A stretch of DNA of 64,000 nt from Candidatus Obscuribacterales bacterium (GCA_965228855.1 CBDDIJ010000003.1:2592001-2656000); one strand, 5' to 3'; shown: positions 1 to 11,214, counted from the stretch's first letter. Notes: generated by a model not told the origin, from the letters alone. Numbers and translations are program-made.

Positions 1-409
1 CAAAGTATGTGAACGAAAGGAAAACCCACTTCCGTACCAGCCACTTCTTTGTTCTAGCGACTTCGTTCATTAGATCAATGATGTCATGGAGAAGTGCAAT
101 TGACTAGTGATCGAGAAAAGCCGGATTTGCATCTTGCAAACCCTTGGGTATCAAGCGGTTTGTTGCAGAGGTGTTAACAGAAGCAGAAACGACTTCCGGT
201 AGAAACTTTGTGCCGAATGCCCCACGTCGTCAGCGTTTTCAACGATCCAGCCCGATAATGGAAACCGGCCAATTCGAAAGAAAACATTATTCTGAAAAAT
301 AAATTTGGCGAATATCTATTGTTAGTATGTAGAATGTGTGGTTCGTTCGCCGGAAACGGCAACCTGTGACGCCTTCGAACATAAGACCGAGTTAATCTGG
401 TCTAGTGTG

Positions 410-525
410 GAAGAGAGAGGTCCCGGGCTGTATCGTTTGCCCTTCGTTCAACGAATTATGAGGTCCCACGGGGCGCTGCGGAAGTCCGCTCCCAGTCTCG
501 ACCTCAGACAGCACCGGCGAAACTG
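410..525 (+). promoter_or_regulatory. Structured 5' leader of the S10 operon (candidate r-leader)
   Basis: Nested stems CCGG-GCTGT(423-431)/ACAGC-a-CCGG(508-517), GAGGTC(460-465)/GACCTC(500-505), GCGG/CCGC(478-489), directly upstream of rpsJ. Confidence 0.5.
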
Positions 526-617
526 CAAGAGAAGTATTGAATTCGACTCTCAGTCGCAATCGTTCCTTCTATATGTAGGCAACGAAGTAGTTCCACCACC
601 AAGGAGAACATGGGCAT

Positions 618-965
618 ATGGCTGGCGCCAAAAAACTTAAAGCAGAAGCCGGCACTGGCAAGGTGCAGCGCATCAGAATCCGTTTGAAGTCTTACGACCA
701 CAGACTTTTGGACAAGTCAGCGGATCAAATCGTTGACACGGCGCGTCGCACTGGAGCCACGATCTGCGGACCAGTACCGCTGCCGACCCGCAAGAGAGTC
801 TATTGCGTATTGCGCTCTCCTCACGTCGACAAGAAGTCGAGAGAGCACTTTGAAATCCGCATCCACAAGAGACTGATCGATATCAACGATCCGACACCGA
901 CAACCGCAGACGCGCTGATGCGCCTTGACCTGCCGGCCGGCGTCGACATCGAAGTGAAACTATAA
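618..965 (+). CDS. rpsJ: 30S ribosomal protein S10
   Basis: [15 protein letters not shown]...GPVPLPT...[31 protein letters not shown]. Confidence 0.99.
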   Translation: MAGAKKLKAEAGTGKVQRIRIRLKSYDHRLLDKSADQIVDTARRTGATICGPVPLPTRKRVYCVLRSPHVDKKSREHFEIRIHKRLIDINDPTPTTADALMRLDLPAGVDIEVKL

Positions 966-1010
966 GAGTGAAGGCAACTGGCAAAAGTTGCATTGTTGAG
1001 GAATTCTAGA

Positions 1011-1655
1011 ATGAAAACTCTAGGCGTGATGGGCAAAAAAGTTGGAATGACTCAGGTCTTCAGTAAAGAAGGTCTGTCTATTCCTGTGACGATCGTTCAA
1101 CTCGGTGACAACATCGTCACCCGCAAGCTCACCAAAGACAAAGACGGCTATGAAGCAGTTCAAGTCGGCGGCTTCAAAGTAAAAGAGAAGAAGCTCAACA
1201 AGCCGGAACTCGGCGCGTTCAAAAAGAACGAAGTTCCGCCTGTTGCACCGCTCAAAGAGTTCCACGTAGCTGATTCAGCGAGCTACAACGTCGGCGACTC
1301 GCTCCCGGTTGGCGATCTTATTCAAGAAGATATGCTCGTCGACATTCGCGGCAAGTCGATCGGTAAAGGATTCCAGGGAACCGTCAAGCGTTATCACGCT
1401 GGACGTGGTCCTATGACCCACGGTTCCAAGTTCCACCGCTCGATGGGTTCCATCGGCGCCGGCACCACTCCAGGTCGTGTATTCGTAGGAACACACATGC
1501 CTGGTCAGATGGGCAACGTAAACGTATGCACCCGACGCGCCAAAGTCGTACGCGTCGATCAAGAAAAAGGCCTTCTGTTGATCAAGGGACCAGTCCCTGG
1601 AGTCGAGGGAGGTCTTGTTGTAATCAGCCCCACGAAGAAGAAGTGGAACGGCTAA
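1011..1655 (+). CDS. rplC: 50S ribosomal protein L3
   Basis: [38 protein letters not shown] at 1011 after GAGGA. Confidence 0.99.
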   Translation: MKTLGVMGKKVGMTQVFSKEGLSIPVTIVQLGDNIVTRKLTKDKDGYEAVQVGGFKVKEKKLNKPELGAFKKNEVPPVAPLKEFHVADSASYNVGDSLPVGDLIQEDMLVDIRGKSIGKGFQGTVKRYHAGRGPMTHGSKFHRSMGSIGAGTTPGRVFVGTHMPGQMGNVNVCTRRAKVVRVDQEKGLLLIKGPVPGVEGGLVVISPTKKKWNG

Positions 1656-1708
1656 TTAGCCAACGAAACTCAAAACGGTTTTCTAAATAAAGTAGAGAGA
1701 CGACGAAA

Positions 1709-2617
1709 ATGACATCCACGCAAGTGCTAGATCTCAAAGGCAAAAAAGTAGGCGAGCTTCAGCTTGAAGACAGCGTTTTTGCGGCCGAACTCAAAGTCGG
1801 CCCCATGCACCAGGCTGTAATCAGACAACTCGCAAACGCCAGAGCCGGCAGCGCCAACACCAAAACCCGCGCAGAAGTTCGCGGAGGCGGTCGCAAACCA
1901 TGGCGTCAAAAAGGCACGGGCCGCGCAAGAGCAGGTTCCATCCGCTCGCCGTTATGGCATGGTGGTGGTGTCGTGTTCGGACCGAAACCGCGTGACTACT
2001 CGGTTTCCATGCCGCAAAAGATGCGCCACGTAGCAGTCCGTTCTGCTCTTTCGGTCGCTAAAGACAAGCTCGTAGTCGTCAAAGACTTCGATGGTCTCTC
2101 CGCTCCGAAGACTAAAGAGTTTACTCAAATATTGAAGGCACTCAACATCGAGTGCGGCACCAAAGTTCTCGTCGTCCTCGCCAATCCTAAAGAAGGCGCT
2201 GGCGCAACGGTTTACAGAGCTGCTCGCAACATCGAAAAGTTGAAAGTAATCGCTGCAAGCCAGGTCAACGTAAAGGACTTGCTTCACTTCGACGTCATCC
2301 TCACCTCGGAAGATGCAATCGAATTGTTGAATAAGACGTTCAAACACGAGCCTTCGCCGAACGCTCCTAAGAAAGAGAAGAAGGAAACTTCCTCCAAGAA
2401 GAAAGAAGCGAAGAAAGCAGTGAAGAAAACTGCTAAGCCGAAAGAAAAGAAAGAACCCAAGGCTAAGGTAGCGAAGGAAGCGAAACCGGAAAAGGCGAAG
2501 GAAGAAAAACCGAAAGCCAAGAAGGAAGATGCTCCGAAGAAAGAAAAGGCTGAAAAAGAAAGTAAAAAACCTGCAGCCAAAGACAAAGACGCAAAGTCGA
2601 AAAAGAAAGAAGACTAA
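1709..2617 (+). CDS. rplD: 50S ribosomal protein L4 with ~90 aa Lys/Glu/Ala-rich C-terminal extension
   Basis: TKTRAEVRGGGRKPWRQKGTGRARAGSIRSPLW motif. Confidence 0.99.
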   Translation: MTSTQVLDLKGKKVGELQLEDSVFAAELKVGPMHQAVIRQLANARAGSANTKTRAEVRGGGRKPWRQKGTGRARAGSIRSPLWHGGGVVFGPKPRDYSVSMPQKMRHVAVRSALSVAKDKLVVVKDFDGLSAPKTKEFTQILKALNIECGTKVLVVLANPKEGAGATVYRAARNIEKLKVIAASQVNVKDLLHFDVILTSEDAIELLNKTFKHEPSPNAPKKEKKETSSKKKEAKKAVKKTAKPKEKKEPKAKVAKEAKPEKAKEEKPKAKKEDAPKKEKAEKESKKPAAKDKDAKSKKKED

Positions 2618-2673
2618 GTTCGAGTCTTGAAGAGAAAGTTCAAAACTAAGCCAGGAAAAACCAGGAAAAGATA

Positions 2674-2979
2674 ATGGACAAGCGATACTCCCAAATTATT
2701 CTGAGACCAATCGTTACTGAGAAATCAGCTCAGATGACTCAGCTCGGTCAATACACCTTCGAAGTGACGAAAGACGCCAACAAGGTGGAAATCAAACAAG
2801 CGATGGAGCAACTGATCAAGGAGCTCTACCCTGGCAACAAGAGCGAAGTGCTCAGCGTAAACACCGTTGCGACACGCGGTCGTTTCAGCCGCAGAAGACG
2901 CCACAGCCGGGTGCCGAAAGATGGCAAAAAAGCCATTGTCACCATCGGCGGTGACCCGCTAGAACTCTTCGAATCCTAA
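2674..2979 (+). CDS. rplW: 50S ribosomal protein L23
   Basis: IILRPIVTEKS...YTFEV..DANKVEIKQA...KKAIVT; position in operon. Confidence 0.96.
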   Translation: MDKRYSQIILRPIVTEKSAQMTQLGQYTFEVTKDANKVEIKQAMEQLIKELYPGNKSEVLSVNTVATRGRFSRRRRHSRVPKDGKKAIVTIGGDPLELFES

Positions 2980-3026
2980 TTCGAATTCCCCACACTGAGT
3001 AACTAAGAGCAAGAAGGACAACCATC

Positions 3027-3854
3027 ATGCCGGTCAGGAAAGTCAAGCCAACATCCGCAGGGCGACGAAATATGTCGTTGTTCGATTTTTCGGACATCAC
3101 GACAGACAAGCCTGAAAAATCGCTCGTCTTCTTCAAGAAGTCGACAGGCGGTCGCAACAACCAGGGCAGACTGACAGTGCGCCACAAAGGCGGCGGTCAC
3201 AAGCAAAAGTATCGCATCATCGATTTTAAACGCGATAAATTCGATATCCCTGGCAAAGTTGCAACTATCGAATACGATCCCAATCGCAACACCAGAATTT
3301 GTTTGATTCAATACGTCGACGGCGAGAAGCGTTACATTCTCGCTCCGCACGGAATCAAAGTCGGCGACCAGGTAATGTCCGGTCCGAAAGCTGAAATCCA
3401 AATCGGAAATGCGCTTCCGTTGCGCAACATCCCGTTGGGTACCATGGTGCACAACGTCGAGCTCACGCTCGGTCGCGGCGCCCAGCTCGGTCGTTCGGCA
3501 GGCGTGCAAATCCAATTGCTCGCTAAAGAAGGCAACATGGCAACACTGAGATTGCCGTCGGGCGAAATGCGCATGGTCAACATGAACTGCATGGCGACCA
3601 TCGGACAGCTCGGCAACACGGATGCCAAAAACGTAACTTTAGGTAAGGCTGGACGCAAACGTTGGTTGGGCATCAAGCCTGCCAACCGCGGTGTAGCCAT
3701 GAACGCAGTCGACCACCCACATGGCGGTGGCGAAGGCAAATCGCCAATCGGCGGCAAACCTCAAACACCTTGGGGCAAGCCGGCAATGGGATACAAGACC
3801 CGTCGTGGTCGCAAACCGTCGGATCGTTTCATCGTTAAGAGAAGAACGAAGTAG
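3027..3854 (+). CDS. rplB: 50S ribosomal protein L2
   Basis: [43 protein letters not shown]. Confidence 0.99.
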   Translation: MPVRKVKPTSAGRRNMSLFDFSDITTDKPEKSLVFFKKSTGGRNNQGRLTVRHKGGGHKQKYRIIDFKRDKFDIPGKVATIEYDPNRNTRICLIQYVDGEKRYILAPHGIKVGDQVMSGPKAEIQIGNALPLRNIPLGTMVHNVELTLGRGAQLGRSAGVQIQLLAKEGNMATLRLPSGEMRMVNMNCMATIGQLGNTDAKNVTLGKAGRKRWLGIKPANRGVAMNAVDHPHGGGEGKSPIGGKPQTPWGKPAMGYKTRRGRKPSDRFIVKRRTK

Positions 3855-3867
3855 TTAGGAGGTAATT

Positions 3868-4149
3868 GTGGGTCGATCACTAAAGAAGGGACCATTCATC
3901 CATCCCTCGCTGTTCAAAAAAATTGAAGAGATGAACAAGAAGGGTGAGAAGAAGGTGATCAAATCATGGTCGCGTGCGTCAATGATCACGCCTGACATGA
4001 TTGGACATACGATTGCAATCTACAACGGTCGTAAGCACGTTCCCATCTACGTAACCGAGCAAATGATCGGTCATAGATTGGGAGAATTCGCACCGACAAG
4101 ACTTTTCAAAGGTCACGCCGGCGGCGACAAAACTTCCAAACGCGGTTAA
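3868..4149 (+). CDS. rpsS: 30S ribosomal protein S19
   Basis: [26 protein letters not shown]. Confidence 0.99.
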   Translation: MGRSLKKGPFIHPSLFKKIEEMNKKGEKKVIKSWSRASMITPDMIGHTIAIYNGRKHVPIYVTEQMIGHRLGEFAPTRLFKGHAGGDKTSKRG

Positions 4150-4168
4150 TTAAAGAGGAACCAGGGCT

Positions 4169-4519
4169 ATGCAAAGCAGAGCACAGGCAAAGTGGATAAG
4201 AATGTCGCCCCGTAAGGTGCGCCGCGTCGTCGATCAGATTCGCGGAAAGAAAGCCGGAGAAGCAATCGACATGCTGCTTTTCATGCCTTACAAGGCAGCC
4301 AAGCCAGTATGGAAAGTATTGAATTCGGCAATGTACAACCTCATCCACAGTGAGAAGCATCCGATTTCGCGCGACGAAGCCGAACAAATGGTCATCGTCG
4401 AAGCATTCGCGGACCAGGGGCCGACCCTGCCACGCAGATTCAGAGCACGTGCTCGCGGACGAGCGATGCCGATTCTCAAAAGAACAAGTCACATCACGTT
4501 GACTATCTCAGACGTTTAA
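4169..4519 (+). CDS. rplV: 50S ribosomal protein L22
   Basis: IRMSPRKVRRVVDQIRGK, RARGRA..ILKRTSHIT. Confidence 0.98.
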   Translation: MQSRAQAKWIRMSPRKVRRVVDQIRGKKAGEAIDMLLFMPYKAAKPVWKVLNSAMYNLIHSEKHPISRDEAEQMVIVEAFADQGPTLPRRFRARARGRAMPILKRTSHITLTISDV

Positions 4520-4604
4520 AGACTGGTGGCGTGGTGCCACCACCCCCAAAAGAAATCGCAGTAGTCGGTTTCACAAGAGACGGTAAGAAAGAGAGGACAA
4601 GATC

Positions 4605-5369
4605 TTGGGTCAGAAAGTAAATCCTAACGGTTTTCGACTAGGCATTCACAAAGGCTGGTCGTCGAACTGGTTCGTCACGAAGAAAGACGTTGCTCCTCTC
4701 ATTGAAGAAGATCATCGCCTTCGCGCCTTTCTAGCCAAGGAATTGACCGGCGCAGGCGTATCGAAAGTCGAAATCGAGAGAAAAGCCGACCAGATTCAAA
4801 TCAACATCTACACCGCTCGTCCGGGCGTTGTAGTCGGCAAAGGCGGACAGGGCATCGAAAACCTGACCGGCAAAATCAAAGGTCTTCTCAACAGAACCGG
4901 TCTCGATATCCGTATCAACATTCTAGAAATCAACCGCGTCGACCTCGAGTCGAAACTGGTTGCAGATTCAATTGCACAGCAATTGGAAAAGCGCGTCGCA
5001 TTCCGCCGCGCAATGAAACAAGCGATGCAACGCTGCATGCGCGCCGGAGCCATCGGAGTGAAAGTAATGGTGGCAGGTCGTCTGGGCGGCGCTGAAATCG
5101 CTCGTACGGAATGGGCTAAAGAAGGTCGTATTCCGCTTCAAACACTGAGAGCCGACATCGATTACGGAACATCCGAAGCGAACACCCTCATGGGTATCAT
5201 CGGCATCAAAGTGTGGGTATTCCGCGGCGAGCTCGAAAGCGGGCAGTGGTCACCTCCGAACATCAAGACGCAAAGCGATCGCGATCGTCAAAATCAAGGA
5301 CAAGGTGGCGAACGCGGTGACAGAGGTGGTCTCAACAAATCTGGGCGCAGACCCAGGAAGGCAGGTTAA
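4605..5369 (+). CDS. rpsC: 30S ribosomal protein S3
   Basis: [44 protein letters not shown] start. Confidence 0.99.
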   Translation: MGQKVNPNGFRLGIHKGWSSNWFVTKKDVAPLIEEDHRLRAFLAKELTGAGVSKVEIERKADQIQINIYTARPGVVVGKGGQGIENLTGKIKGLLNRTGLDIRINILEINRVDLESKLVADSIAQQLEKRVAFRRAMKQAMQRCMRAGAIGVKVMVAGRLGGAEIARTEWAKEGRIPLQTLRADIDYGTSEANTLMGIIGIKVWVFRGELESGQWSPPNIKTQSDRDRQNQGQGGERGDRGGLNKSGRRPRKAG

Positions 5370-5374
5370 TCGCC

Positions 5375-5791
5375 ATGTTATTGCCGAAGCGCACTAAATA
5401 TCGCAAATTTCACAGAGGTCGCATGTGCGGCACTGAAACCCGCGGCGTGTCTGTGCAGATGGGTGAATATGGATTGCAGACGCTGGAGCCAGCTTGGATT
5501 ACCTCCAGACAGATCGAAGCAGCCAGAAAAGCTATGACCAGATCCGTAAAACGGGGCGGTCAACTCTGGATCCGGATTTTCCCAGACAAGGCTTGCACGA
5601 AGAAACCAGCTGAAGTCCGGATGGGTTCCGGTAAAGGTAACCCGGAATTCTGGGTAGCGGTCGTTAAGACCGGACGCGTTATGTTCGAAATGGCAGGCGT
5701 CAGCAGAGAAGACGCTCACAAAGCGTTGAAATTGGCAGCTCAAAAACTTCCGGTCAAATGCCGCGTTGTCGAGCGCCATCACGGAGGTTAG
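5375..5791 (+). CDS. rplP: 50S ribosomal protein L16
   Basis: [32 protein letters not shown]. Confidence 0.99.
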   Translation: MLLPKRTKYRKFHRGRMCGTETRGVSVQMGEYGLQTLEPAWITSRQIEAARKAMTRSVKRGGQLWIRIFPDKACTKKPAEVRMGSGKGNPEFWVAVVKTGRVMFEMAGVSREDAHKALKLAAQKLPVKCRVVERHHGG

Positions 5792-5795
5792 GCAC

Positions 5796-6002
5796 ATGAA
5801 ACTGCAAGATATCAGAGATCTTTCTGCTGAAGAAATCAAAGCCCACATTGCAGACGCTCGCAAGCAAATTGTCGAATTGCGTTTTCAACAAGCTTTGAGA
5901 AAACTGGAGAGCCCAGCAAGACTGCGCAATGCGAAGAAACTTCTGGCTCAACTTCTCACCATCGAAACCGAGAAGGCAAACGCGGCTGCAGCAGCCAAGT
6001 AG
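5796..6002 (+). CDS. rpmC: 50S ribosomal protein L29
   Basis: MKLQDIRDLS..E...LRFQQA..KLESPARLR; ATG at 5796 after GGAGG. Confidence 0.96.
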   Translation: MKLQDIRDLSAEEIKAHIADARKQIVELRFQQALRKLESPARLRNAKKLLAQLLTIETEKANAAAAAK

Positions 6003-6077
6003 TTATTAACGTAAATCAGATGGATACCACGGATGCGGTATCACAGGACGGGACAACGAAGAGGTTCGGAAAGAAAA

Positions 6078-6347
6078 ATGCCCAAGAAGGAATTAGTCGG
6101 AAAGGTCGTTTCCAACAAAATGGAAAAGACGATTGTCGTCGCCATCGAAAGCCGCTTTCCCCATCCTAAGTATGAAAAACAGATGGTGAAGACGAAGAAG
6201 TTCAAAGCTCACGACGAAAAAAATGAATGTGGAATCGGCGACAGCGTTCGTATTCAAGAGTGCAGACCGCTATCCAAGGATAAAACCTTCACTCTGGTCG
6301 AAATCATCGAAAAATCGCCAGACGCTCAACTCAAGGAGTCAAAATAA
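6078..6347 (+). CDS. rpsQ: 30S ribosomal protein S17
   Basis: [33 protein letters not shown]. Confidence 0.98.
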   Translation: MPKKELVGKVVSNKMEKTIVVAIESRFPHPKYEKQMVKTKKFKAHDEKNECGIGDSVRIQECRPLSKDKTFTLVEIIEKSPDAQLKESK

Positions 6348-6715
6348 TGATTCAACAAGAAACGCGATTGACCTGCGCGGATAACACCGGTGCCAGAGAG
6401 CTTCTCTGCATTCGCGTCCTGGGCGGTTCCCGCAAAGTGTATGCCACTGTCGGCGACACCATCGTCGCGACCGTGAAAGAAGCATTGCCGAACATGCCGG
6501 TCAAGAAATCGGACGTCGTCAAAGCAGTAGTTGTCCGCGTCAAACAAAGCGTCCATCGTCCTGATGGAACCACCATCAGATTCGACGACAACGCAGCCGT
6601 AATCATTCAAAAAGATAACAACCCGAAAGGGACCCGCGTTTTCGGACCGATCGCCCGTGAACTTCGGGACAAAAACTTCACCAAGATCATTTCGCTTGCT
6701 CCGGAGGTTCTGTAG
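6347..6715 (+). CDS. rplN: 50S ribosomal protein L14
   Basis: [38 protein letters not shown]. Confidence 0.99.
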   Translation: MIQQETRLTCADNTGARELLCIRVLGGSRKVYATVGDTIVATVKEALPNMPVKKSDVVKAVVVRVKQSVHRPDGTTIRFDDNAAVIIQKDNNPKGTRVFGPIARELRDKNFTKIISLAPEVL

Positions 6716-6718
6716 ACA

Positions 6719-7174
6719 ATGGCTACCGCTGAAAAGAAAAAACAAATCAGCTACTGCCAGGCACCGGTTTCACCCAAGGTGAAGAAGGGCGGCAAGACTG
6801 TAGTGTCCCAAGCGTTGATCAAGAAGGGTTCGACCAATCTGGTTCCTTCCATTCACGTCAGACGCGGCGACATGGTCAAACTCATGTCCGGTTCCGAGAC
6901 AGTAGGCAAAGGCAAGACCGGTAAGGTTCTGACCGTGCTCAAATCGGAAGGCAAAATTATTGTTGAAGGCATCAACGTCGTCACCCGCGCCACCAAAGCG
7001 AAAAACGCGATGGGCAATGGCGGTCTGGTTACGAAAGAAGCGCCGATTTTCGCAAGTCGCGTAATGCTCTTCTGCACCTCGTGCAAAAACACCACCAGAA
7101 TTGCGCACAAGGTTTTGGAAGGCGGCAAAAAAGCTCGCGTTTGCAAGAAGTGTGGAGAGTCGTTAGACACGTAA
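6719..7174 (+). CDS. rplX: 50S ribosomal protein L24 with N-terminal extension
   Basis: HVRRGDMV...KGKTGKV...IIVEGIN KOW motif, KEAPI; C-terminal CxxC...CxxC. Confidence 0.96.
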   Translation: MATAEKKKQISYCQAPVSPKVKKGGKTVVSQALIKKGSTNLVPSIHVRRGDMVKLMSGSETVGKGKTGKVLTVLKSEGKIIVEGINVVTRATKAKNAMGNGGLVTKEAPIFASRVMLFCTSCKNTTRIAHKVLEGGKKARVCKKCGESLDT

Positions 7175-7229
7175 TACAAGGTCGGCCGGCAAAGACCGTC
7201 CCACCAGCTGATTACAGAAGGATTGAGAG

Positions 7230-7769
7230 ATGATCAACATAAAAGACCACTACGACGGTAACGTCAAAAAAGCACTAAAGAGTCAGTTCAACTACACGAA
7301 CGACTTGCAGATTCCGCGCATCGAGAAAGTTGTAATCAACATGGGCGTAGGCGAAGCCACATCCAACTCGAAGGCGATCGAGAGTGCCGTTAAGGAAATG
7401 GCGACCATCAGTGGTCAAAAACCTATCGTCAATAGAGCGAGAAAATCGATTGCGGTTTTCAAAGTCAGACAAGGCATGCCCCTCGGCGTTTCAGTTACGC
7501 TGCGCGGCAAGAGAATGTATGACTTCCTCGCCAAACTTCTCCACATTGCCCTGCCCCGTATCAAAGACTTCCGCGGACTCTCGCCGAAATCCTTCGACGG
7601 ACGTGGCAACTACTCGCTCGGTATCAAAGAGCAGCTTATATTCCCCGAAATTAGTTACGACAAAATCGACGCTACAAGAGGGATGGACATCGCCATGGTG
7701 ACGACGGCGCGCACCGACCAGGAAGCGCTTGCGTTGCTCAAAGAACTTGGCATGCCGTTCAGAAAGTAA
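7230..7769 (+). CDS. rplE: 50S ribosomal protein L5
   Basis: [34 protein letters not shown]. Confidence 0.99.
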   Translation: MINIKDHYDGNVKKALKSQFNYTNDLQIPRIEKVVINMGVGEATSNSKAIESAVKEMATISGQKPIVNRARKSIAVFKVRQGMPLGVSVTLRGKRMYDFLAKLLHIALPRIKDFRGLSPKSFDGRGNYSLGIKEQLIFPEISYDKIDATRGMDIAMVTTARTDQEALALLKELGMPFRK

Positions 7770-7797
7770 TCTTTCAAAATTAGGAGAGGACACACAC

Positions 7798-8004
7798 GTG
7801 GCCAAAACATCGATGATCGACAAAGAGCACAAGCGCCAGGTGCTTGTTGCTAAAGGCAAATACCCGAAGATTCGTTTGCACAATCGTTGCCGAATCTGCG
7901 GAAGACCGAGAGGTTATTACCGCGACTTCGGATTGTGCAGATGCTGCCTGAGAAAGATGGCTCATCAAGGTTTGCTCCCAGGCGTCACAAAGTCTAGTTG
8001 GTAG
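7798..8004 (+). CDS. rpsN: 30S ribosomal protein S14, Zn-ribbon type (68 aa)
   Basis: GTG start after AGGAGAGG; MAKTSMI...[24 protein letters not shown]...PGVTKSSW. Confidence 0.97.
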   Translation: MAKTSMIDKEHKRQVLVAKGKYPKIRLHNRCRICGRPRGYYRDFGLCRCCLRKMAHQGLLPGVTKSSW

Positions 8005-8018
8005 GAGAGATAAATCAA

Positions 8019-8420
8019 ATGCCCGTAATAGACCCTATTGCCGACATGTTCACACGCATCAGAAACGCTGTTCGCGTGCAAGCACCTGTCGTTGAAATGC
8101 CCGCCTCCAAGCAGAAAGTGGCAATCGCCAAACTGCTCAGAGACGAAGGTTTCATCAGCTCTTTCGAAACGAAAGACCTGGGCACTCCTGTTCAGAAGAT
8201 GCGTATCGTTTTGAAATACGGCCCGAAAGGCGAACAAGTAATTCAAGGCATCAAGCGCGTCAGCCGTCCTGGTCTGCGTATTTATCGCGCCTCCCAGAAA
8301 GCTCCTCGCGTGTATGGCGGTTTGGGAATCTCGATTCTCTCCACCAGCCGTGGTGTCATGACCGATCGCCAGGCTCGCAAGAGCAACATCGGCGGCGAAG
8401 TCGTCGGTCAAGTTTGGTAA
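8019..8420 (+). CDS. rpsH: 30S ribosomal protein S8
   Basis: [38 protein letters not shown]. Confidence 0.99.
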   Translation: MPVIDPIADMFTRIRNAVRVQAPVVEMPASKQKVAIAKLLRDEGFISSFETKDLGTPVQKMRIVLKYGPKGEQVIQGIKRVSRPGLRIYRASQKAPRVYGGLGISILSTSRGVMTDRQARKSNIGGEVVGQVW

Positions 8421-8504
8421 TCGGTCTTTAACTGAACGAACCAACCGAGCGGTTTAACTCGCTCACTGAGACTGAAATAAACATCAAAATAAAGGTAGAA
8501 AACC

Positions 8505-9047
8505 ATGTCTCGTATAGGCAAAGCTCCAATCAAAGTCCCGTCCGGCGTCACCGTCGAGATCAAGGGTTCTGACGTCAAAGTCAAAGGTCCCAAGGGCGAA
8601 CGCTCGAGAACCTTCAGACCCGAAATCGAGCTCAAACAAGAAGACGGCGTCGTATATGTACTTCGCAAGAATGATGACCGCATATCGCGTGGTCTTCATG
8701 GCTTGAGCCGCACACTCCTGGCCAACATGGTCAAAGGCTTGTCGGAAGGCTTTGTGAAAAAGCTCGAAGTTGTAGGAGTCGGCTACAGAGCAGCAGTGGA
8801 AGGCAAAACCCTGACCATGCAGCTCGGCTATTCGCATCCTGTTGTTGTTGAAATTCCCAAAGATACGACTGTTGAAGTCGGCAAAAACAACGTCATCACC
8901 GTGACGGGTGTCGATAAACAAGAGCTCGGCGATTTCTGCTCATTCGTCAGAAGCAAACGTCCGCCTGAAGTTTACAAAGGCAAAGGCGTCAAGTACGAAG
9001 GCGAAGTCATCCGGAAGAAAGCTGGTAAAGCTGCCGGCGGTAAGTAA
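8505..9047 (+). CDS. rplF: 50S ribosomal protein L6
   Basis: MSRIGKAPI, VGVGYRA, LGYSHP, RPPEVYKGKGVKY. Confidence 0.99.
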   Translation: MSRIGKAPIKVPSGVTVEIKGSDVKVKGPKGERSRTFRPEIELKQEDGVVYVLRKNDDRISRGLHGLSRTLLANMVKGLSEGFVKKLEVVGVGYRAAVEGKTLTMQLGYSHPVVVEIPKDTTVEVGKNNVITVTGVDKQELGDFCSFVRSKRPPEVYKGKGVKYEGEVIRKKAGKAAGGK

Positions 9048-9086
9048 GAGAGCGAGCTAGTTTTAACGCTTAAGGAAGTAAGAGAA

Positions 9087-9449
9087 ATGATTACGAAGCC
9101 CAACAGAAAAGAAATGAGACTGAAGAGACATCGGCGCATTCGCCGCTCTCTTTGGGGTCAATCCGAGCGCCCGAGACTTTGCGTTTACCGCTCCAACAAG
9201 CACATTTACGCTCAACTCGTAGATGATTCCAAGTCAGCGACCCTCGCATACGCGTCAACACTCGACGCCGAATTGAAGGTCGAAAAACCATGGAATAAAG
9301 ATTCGGCGAAAAGCGTCGGAGAATTGCTCGCCAAGCGCGCCATGGAAAAAGGAATCAAGGCAGTCGTTTTCGATCGCGGCGGTTACATCTACCACGGACG
9401 TGTAGCTGCAGTTGCAGAAGGCGCTCGTGAAGCAGGTTTAGAGTTCTAA
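9087..9449 (+). CDS. rplR: 50S ribosomal protein L18
   Basis: [38 protein letters not shown]. Confidence 0.99.
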   Translation: MITKPNRKEMRLKRHRRIRRSLWGQSERPRLCVYRSNKHIYAQLVDDSKSATLAYASTLDAELKVEKPWNKDSAKSVGELLAKRAMEKGIKAVVFDRGGYIYHGRVAAVAEGAREAGLEF

Positions 9450-9488
9450 TTCGGATCTATATAAGGACAGAGGAAGAGGATTTTCCAA

Positions 9489-10088
9489 ATGGAAAAAGAT
9501 CACAAAGGTCACGGAGCCCCAGAAGAAGCAGCCGACGGCGCTAAGCGCGGTCGCCGCACTTCCAGTCGCGAGAAGAATCGTCAAGACGAAACCAAACGTG
9601 ACCGCGAACAATCTGAGTGGGAAGAAAAAATCATTCAAGTTCGCCGCGTGACCAAGGTCGTCAAAGGCGGTAAAAAACTGAGTTTCCGCGCCGTTGTCGC
9701 TGTCGGCAACAACAAAGGTCAAGTCGGGATTGGCATCGGCAAAGCGTCCGAAGTCATCGTGGCTATCCAGAAAGGCGTAGCTGATGCGCGCAAGTCGCTT
9801 ATCAGCGTACCGCTAATCGGAGCGACTCTGCCTCACCAGATCGTCGGCAAGCAAGGTTCGAGCCGCGTGCTTCTCAAGCCGGCAGCAAAAGGTACCGGTG
9901 TCATCGCCGGTGGTGCCTCACGCGCCATTCTTGAACTGGCAGGCGTCGGCGACGTTATGTCGAAATCGCTCGGTTCGCGCTCGCCGCTCAACGTAGCACG
10001 CGCCACCGTCAATGGTTTGAACGAACTGAGAACATTCGATCAGTCGGCAAGACTGCGCGGAATCACAGTTCAACAAATGCTCAACTAA
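9489..10088 (+). CDS. rpsE: 30S ribosomal protein S5
   Basis: [29 protein letters not shown]. Confidence 0.99.
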   Translation: MEKDHKGHGAPEEAADGAKRGRRTSSREKNRQDETKRDREQSEWEEKIIQVRRVTKVVKGGKKLSFRAVVAVGNNKGQVGIGIGKASEVIVAIQKGVADARKSLISVPLIGATLPHQIVGKQGSSRVLLKPAAKGTGVIAGGASRAILELAGVGDVMSKSLGSRSPLNVARATVNGLNELRTFDQSARLRGITVQQMLN

Positions 10089-10184
10089 TAGAGCGTTCGT
10101 TTCTAGAGTTCACCGAACTCAAATTAGTGGAGTCGAGCCAAACGAGGCACGACGAACGGAACTAAAAAATTGGAGTTTAGTCCC

Positions 10185-10451
10185 ATGTTGAAGATCACCT
10201 TGACCGCCGGAAAGGTCGGCAAGCAAGAAAAACAGCTCAAAGTGCTTACAGCGCTTGGTCTGAAAAAATTCGGCAGCGTTGTAATCCGCCAGGATTCACC
10301 GACGATCCGCGGAATGGTCGGCAAAGTCCATCATCTCGTTTGCGTCGAAGAAGTTACCGAAGGCACCACGGGTAAGGTCACGCGTAAAGCGAAAGCCGCG
10401 TTGTGCACAAAAACAGAAAAAGAGACGACCAAGAAGAAAGCTGCCAAGTAA
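10185..10451 (+). CDS. rpmD: 50S ribosomal protein L30 with basic C-terminal extension
   Basis: LKITL...LTALGLKK...DSPTIRGMVGKVHHLV; between rpsE and rplO. Confidence 0.93.
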   Translation: MLKITLTAGKVGKQEKQLKVLTALGLKKFGSVVIRQDSPTIRGMVGKVHHLVCVEEVTEGTTGKVTRKAKAALCTKTEKETTKKKAAK

Positions 10452-10527
10452 GCGCTTCTTGTCGGATAACCCACAAGGAAAGTGAGCCGAGTCGAATAGT
10501 TTTTCGGCGCAAGGCGAAGGAGAAGAG

Positions 10528-11076
10528 ATGAAACTCAATGAGCTGGCACCGCCGGAAGGCACACGCAGCAAAAAGAAAATCGTAGGTCGCGGTCGCGCGT
10601 CCGGTCACGGTAAGACATCGACACGCGGTCACAACGGACAAGGTCAACGTTCCGGTGAAGCAACCCGTTTCGGTTTCGAGGGTGGTCAAACCCCCTTGTT
10701 CCGTCGTCTTCCGAAAATTCACGCCTTCTATCGCATTGAAAAGCGCACATGGACTGCCATCAATGTCGGTGACTTGAACAAATTGAAAGCCGGCTCGGAA
10801 GTTACTCCTGAGTCGCTGGTCGAGTTCGGAATTCTGCGCTCTGTGACTTCGTCTTTGCGCATTCTCGGAAACGGCGAACTGAAAGTTTCTTTGAAAGTGA
10901 AAGCGCACCACTTCTCGCAAGGCGCGATCGACAAGATCACCCAGGCCGGTGGCAGCTATGACGTGATTCAGCCTGCACCGCGCCATCGCGGACGTCTTCC
11001 GCATGGTCTTGTGAACACGATCAAAAAAGAATCCAAACAAACCAAAGAATCGAAAAAAGAAAGCAAAGATAGTTAA
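10528..11076 (+). CDS. rplO: 50S ribosomal protein L15
   Basis: VGRGRASGHGKTSTRGHNGQ, GFEGGQTPLFRRLPK. Confidence 0.99.
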   Translation: MKLNELAPPEGTRSKKKIVGRGRASGHGKTSTRGHNGQGQRSGEATRFGFEGGQTPLFRRLPKIHAFYRIEKRTWTAINVGDLNKLKAGSEVTPESLVEFGILRSVTSSLRILGNGELKVSLKVKAHHFSQGAIDKITQAGGSYDVIQPAPRHRGRLPHGLVNTIKKESKQTKESKKESKDS

Positions 11077-11214
11077 CTTTTGCTTTTATCAGGAGCTATG
11101 CCCGCTGCCGTCTAATATGATGGTGCATTGTCGGGCATTTTTTCCTTTTTGGGGATATTGTCGCGAAGCGATTTGACTAGGAAATCCGGTTTTGAATCCG
11201 GTCGGGAGGAATAA

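Noticed and set aside
137..162. CAAACC-CTTG...CAAG-c-GGTTTG inverted repeat resembling island-end or CRISPR-leader motifs
   Set aside because: Single imperfect copy at the window edge with no integrase, tRNA or array nearby
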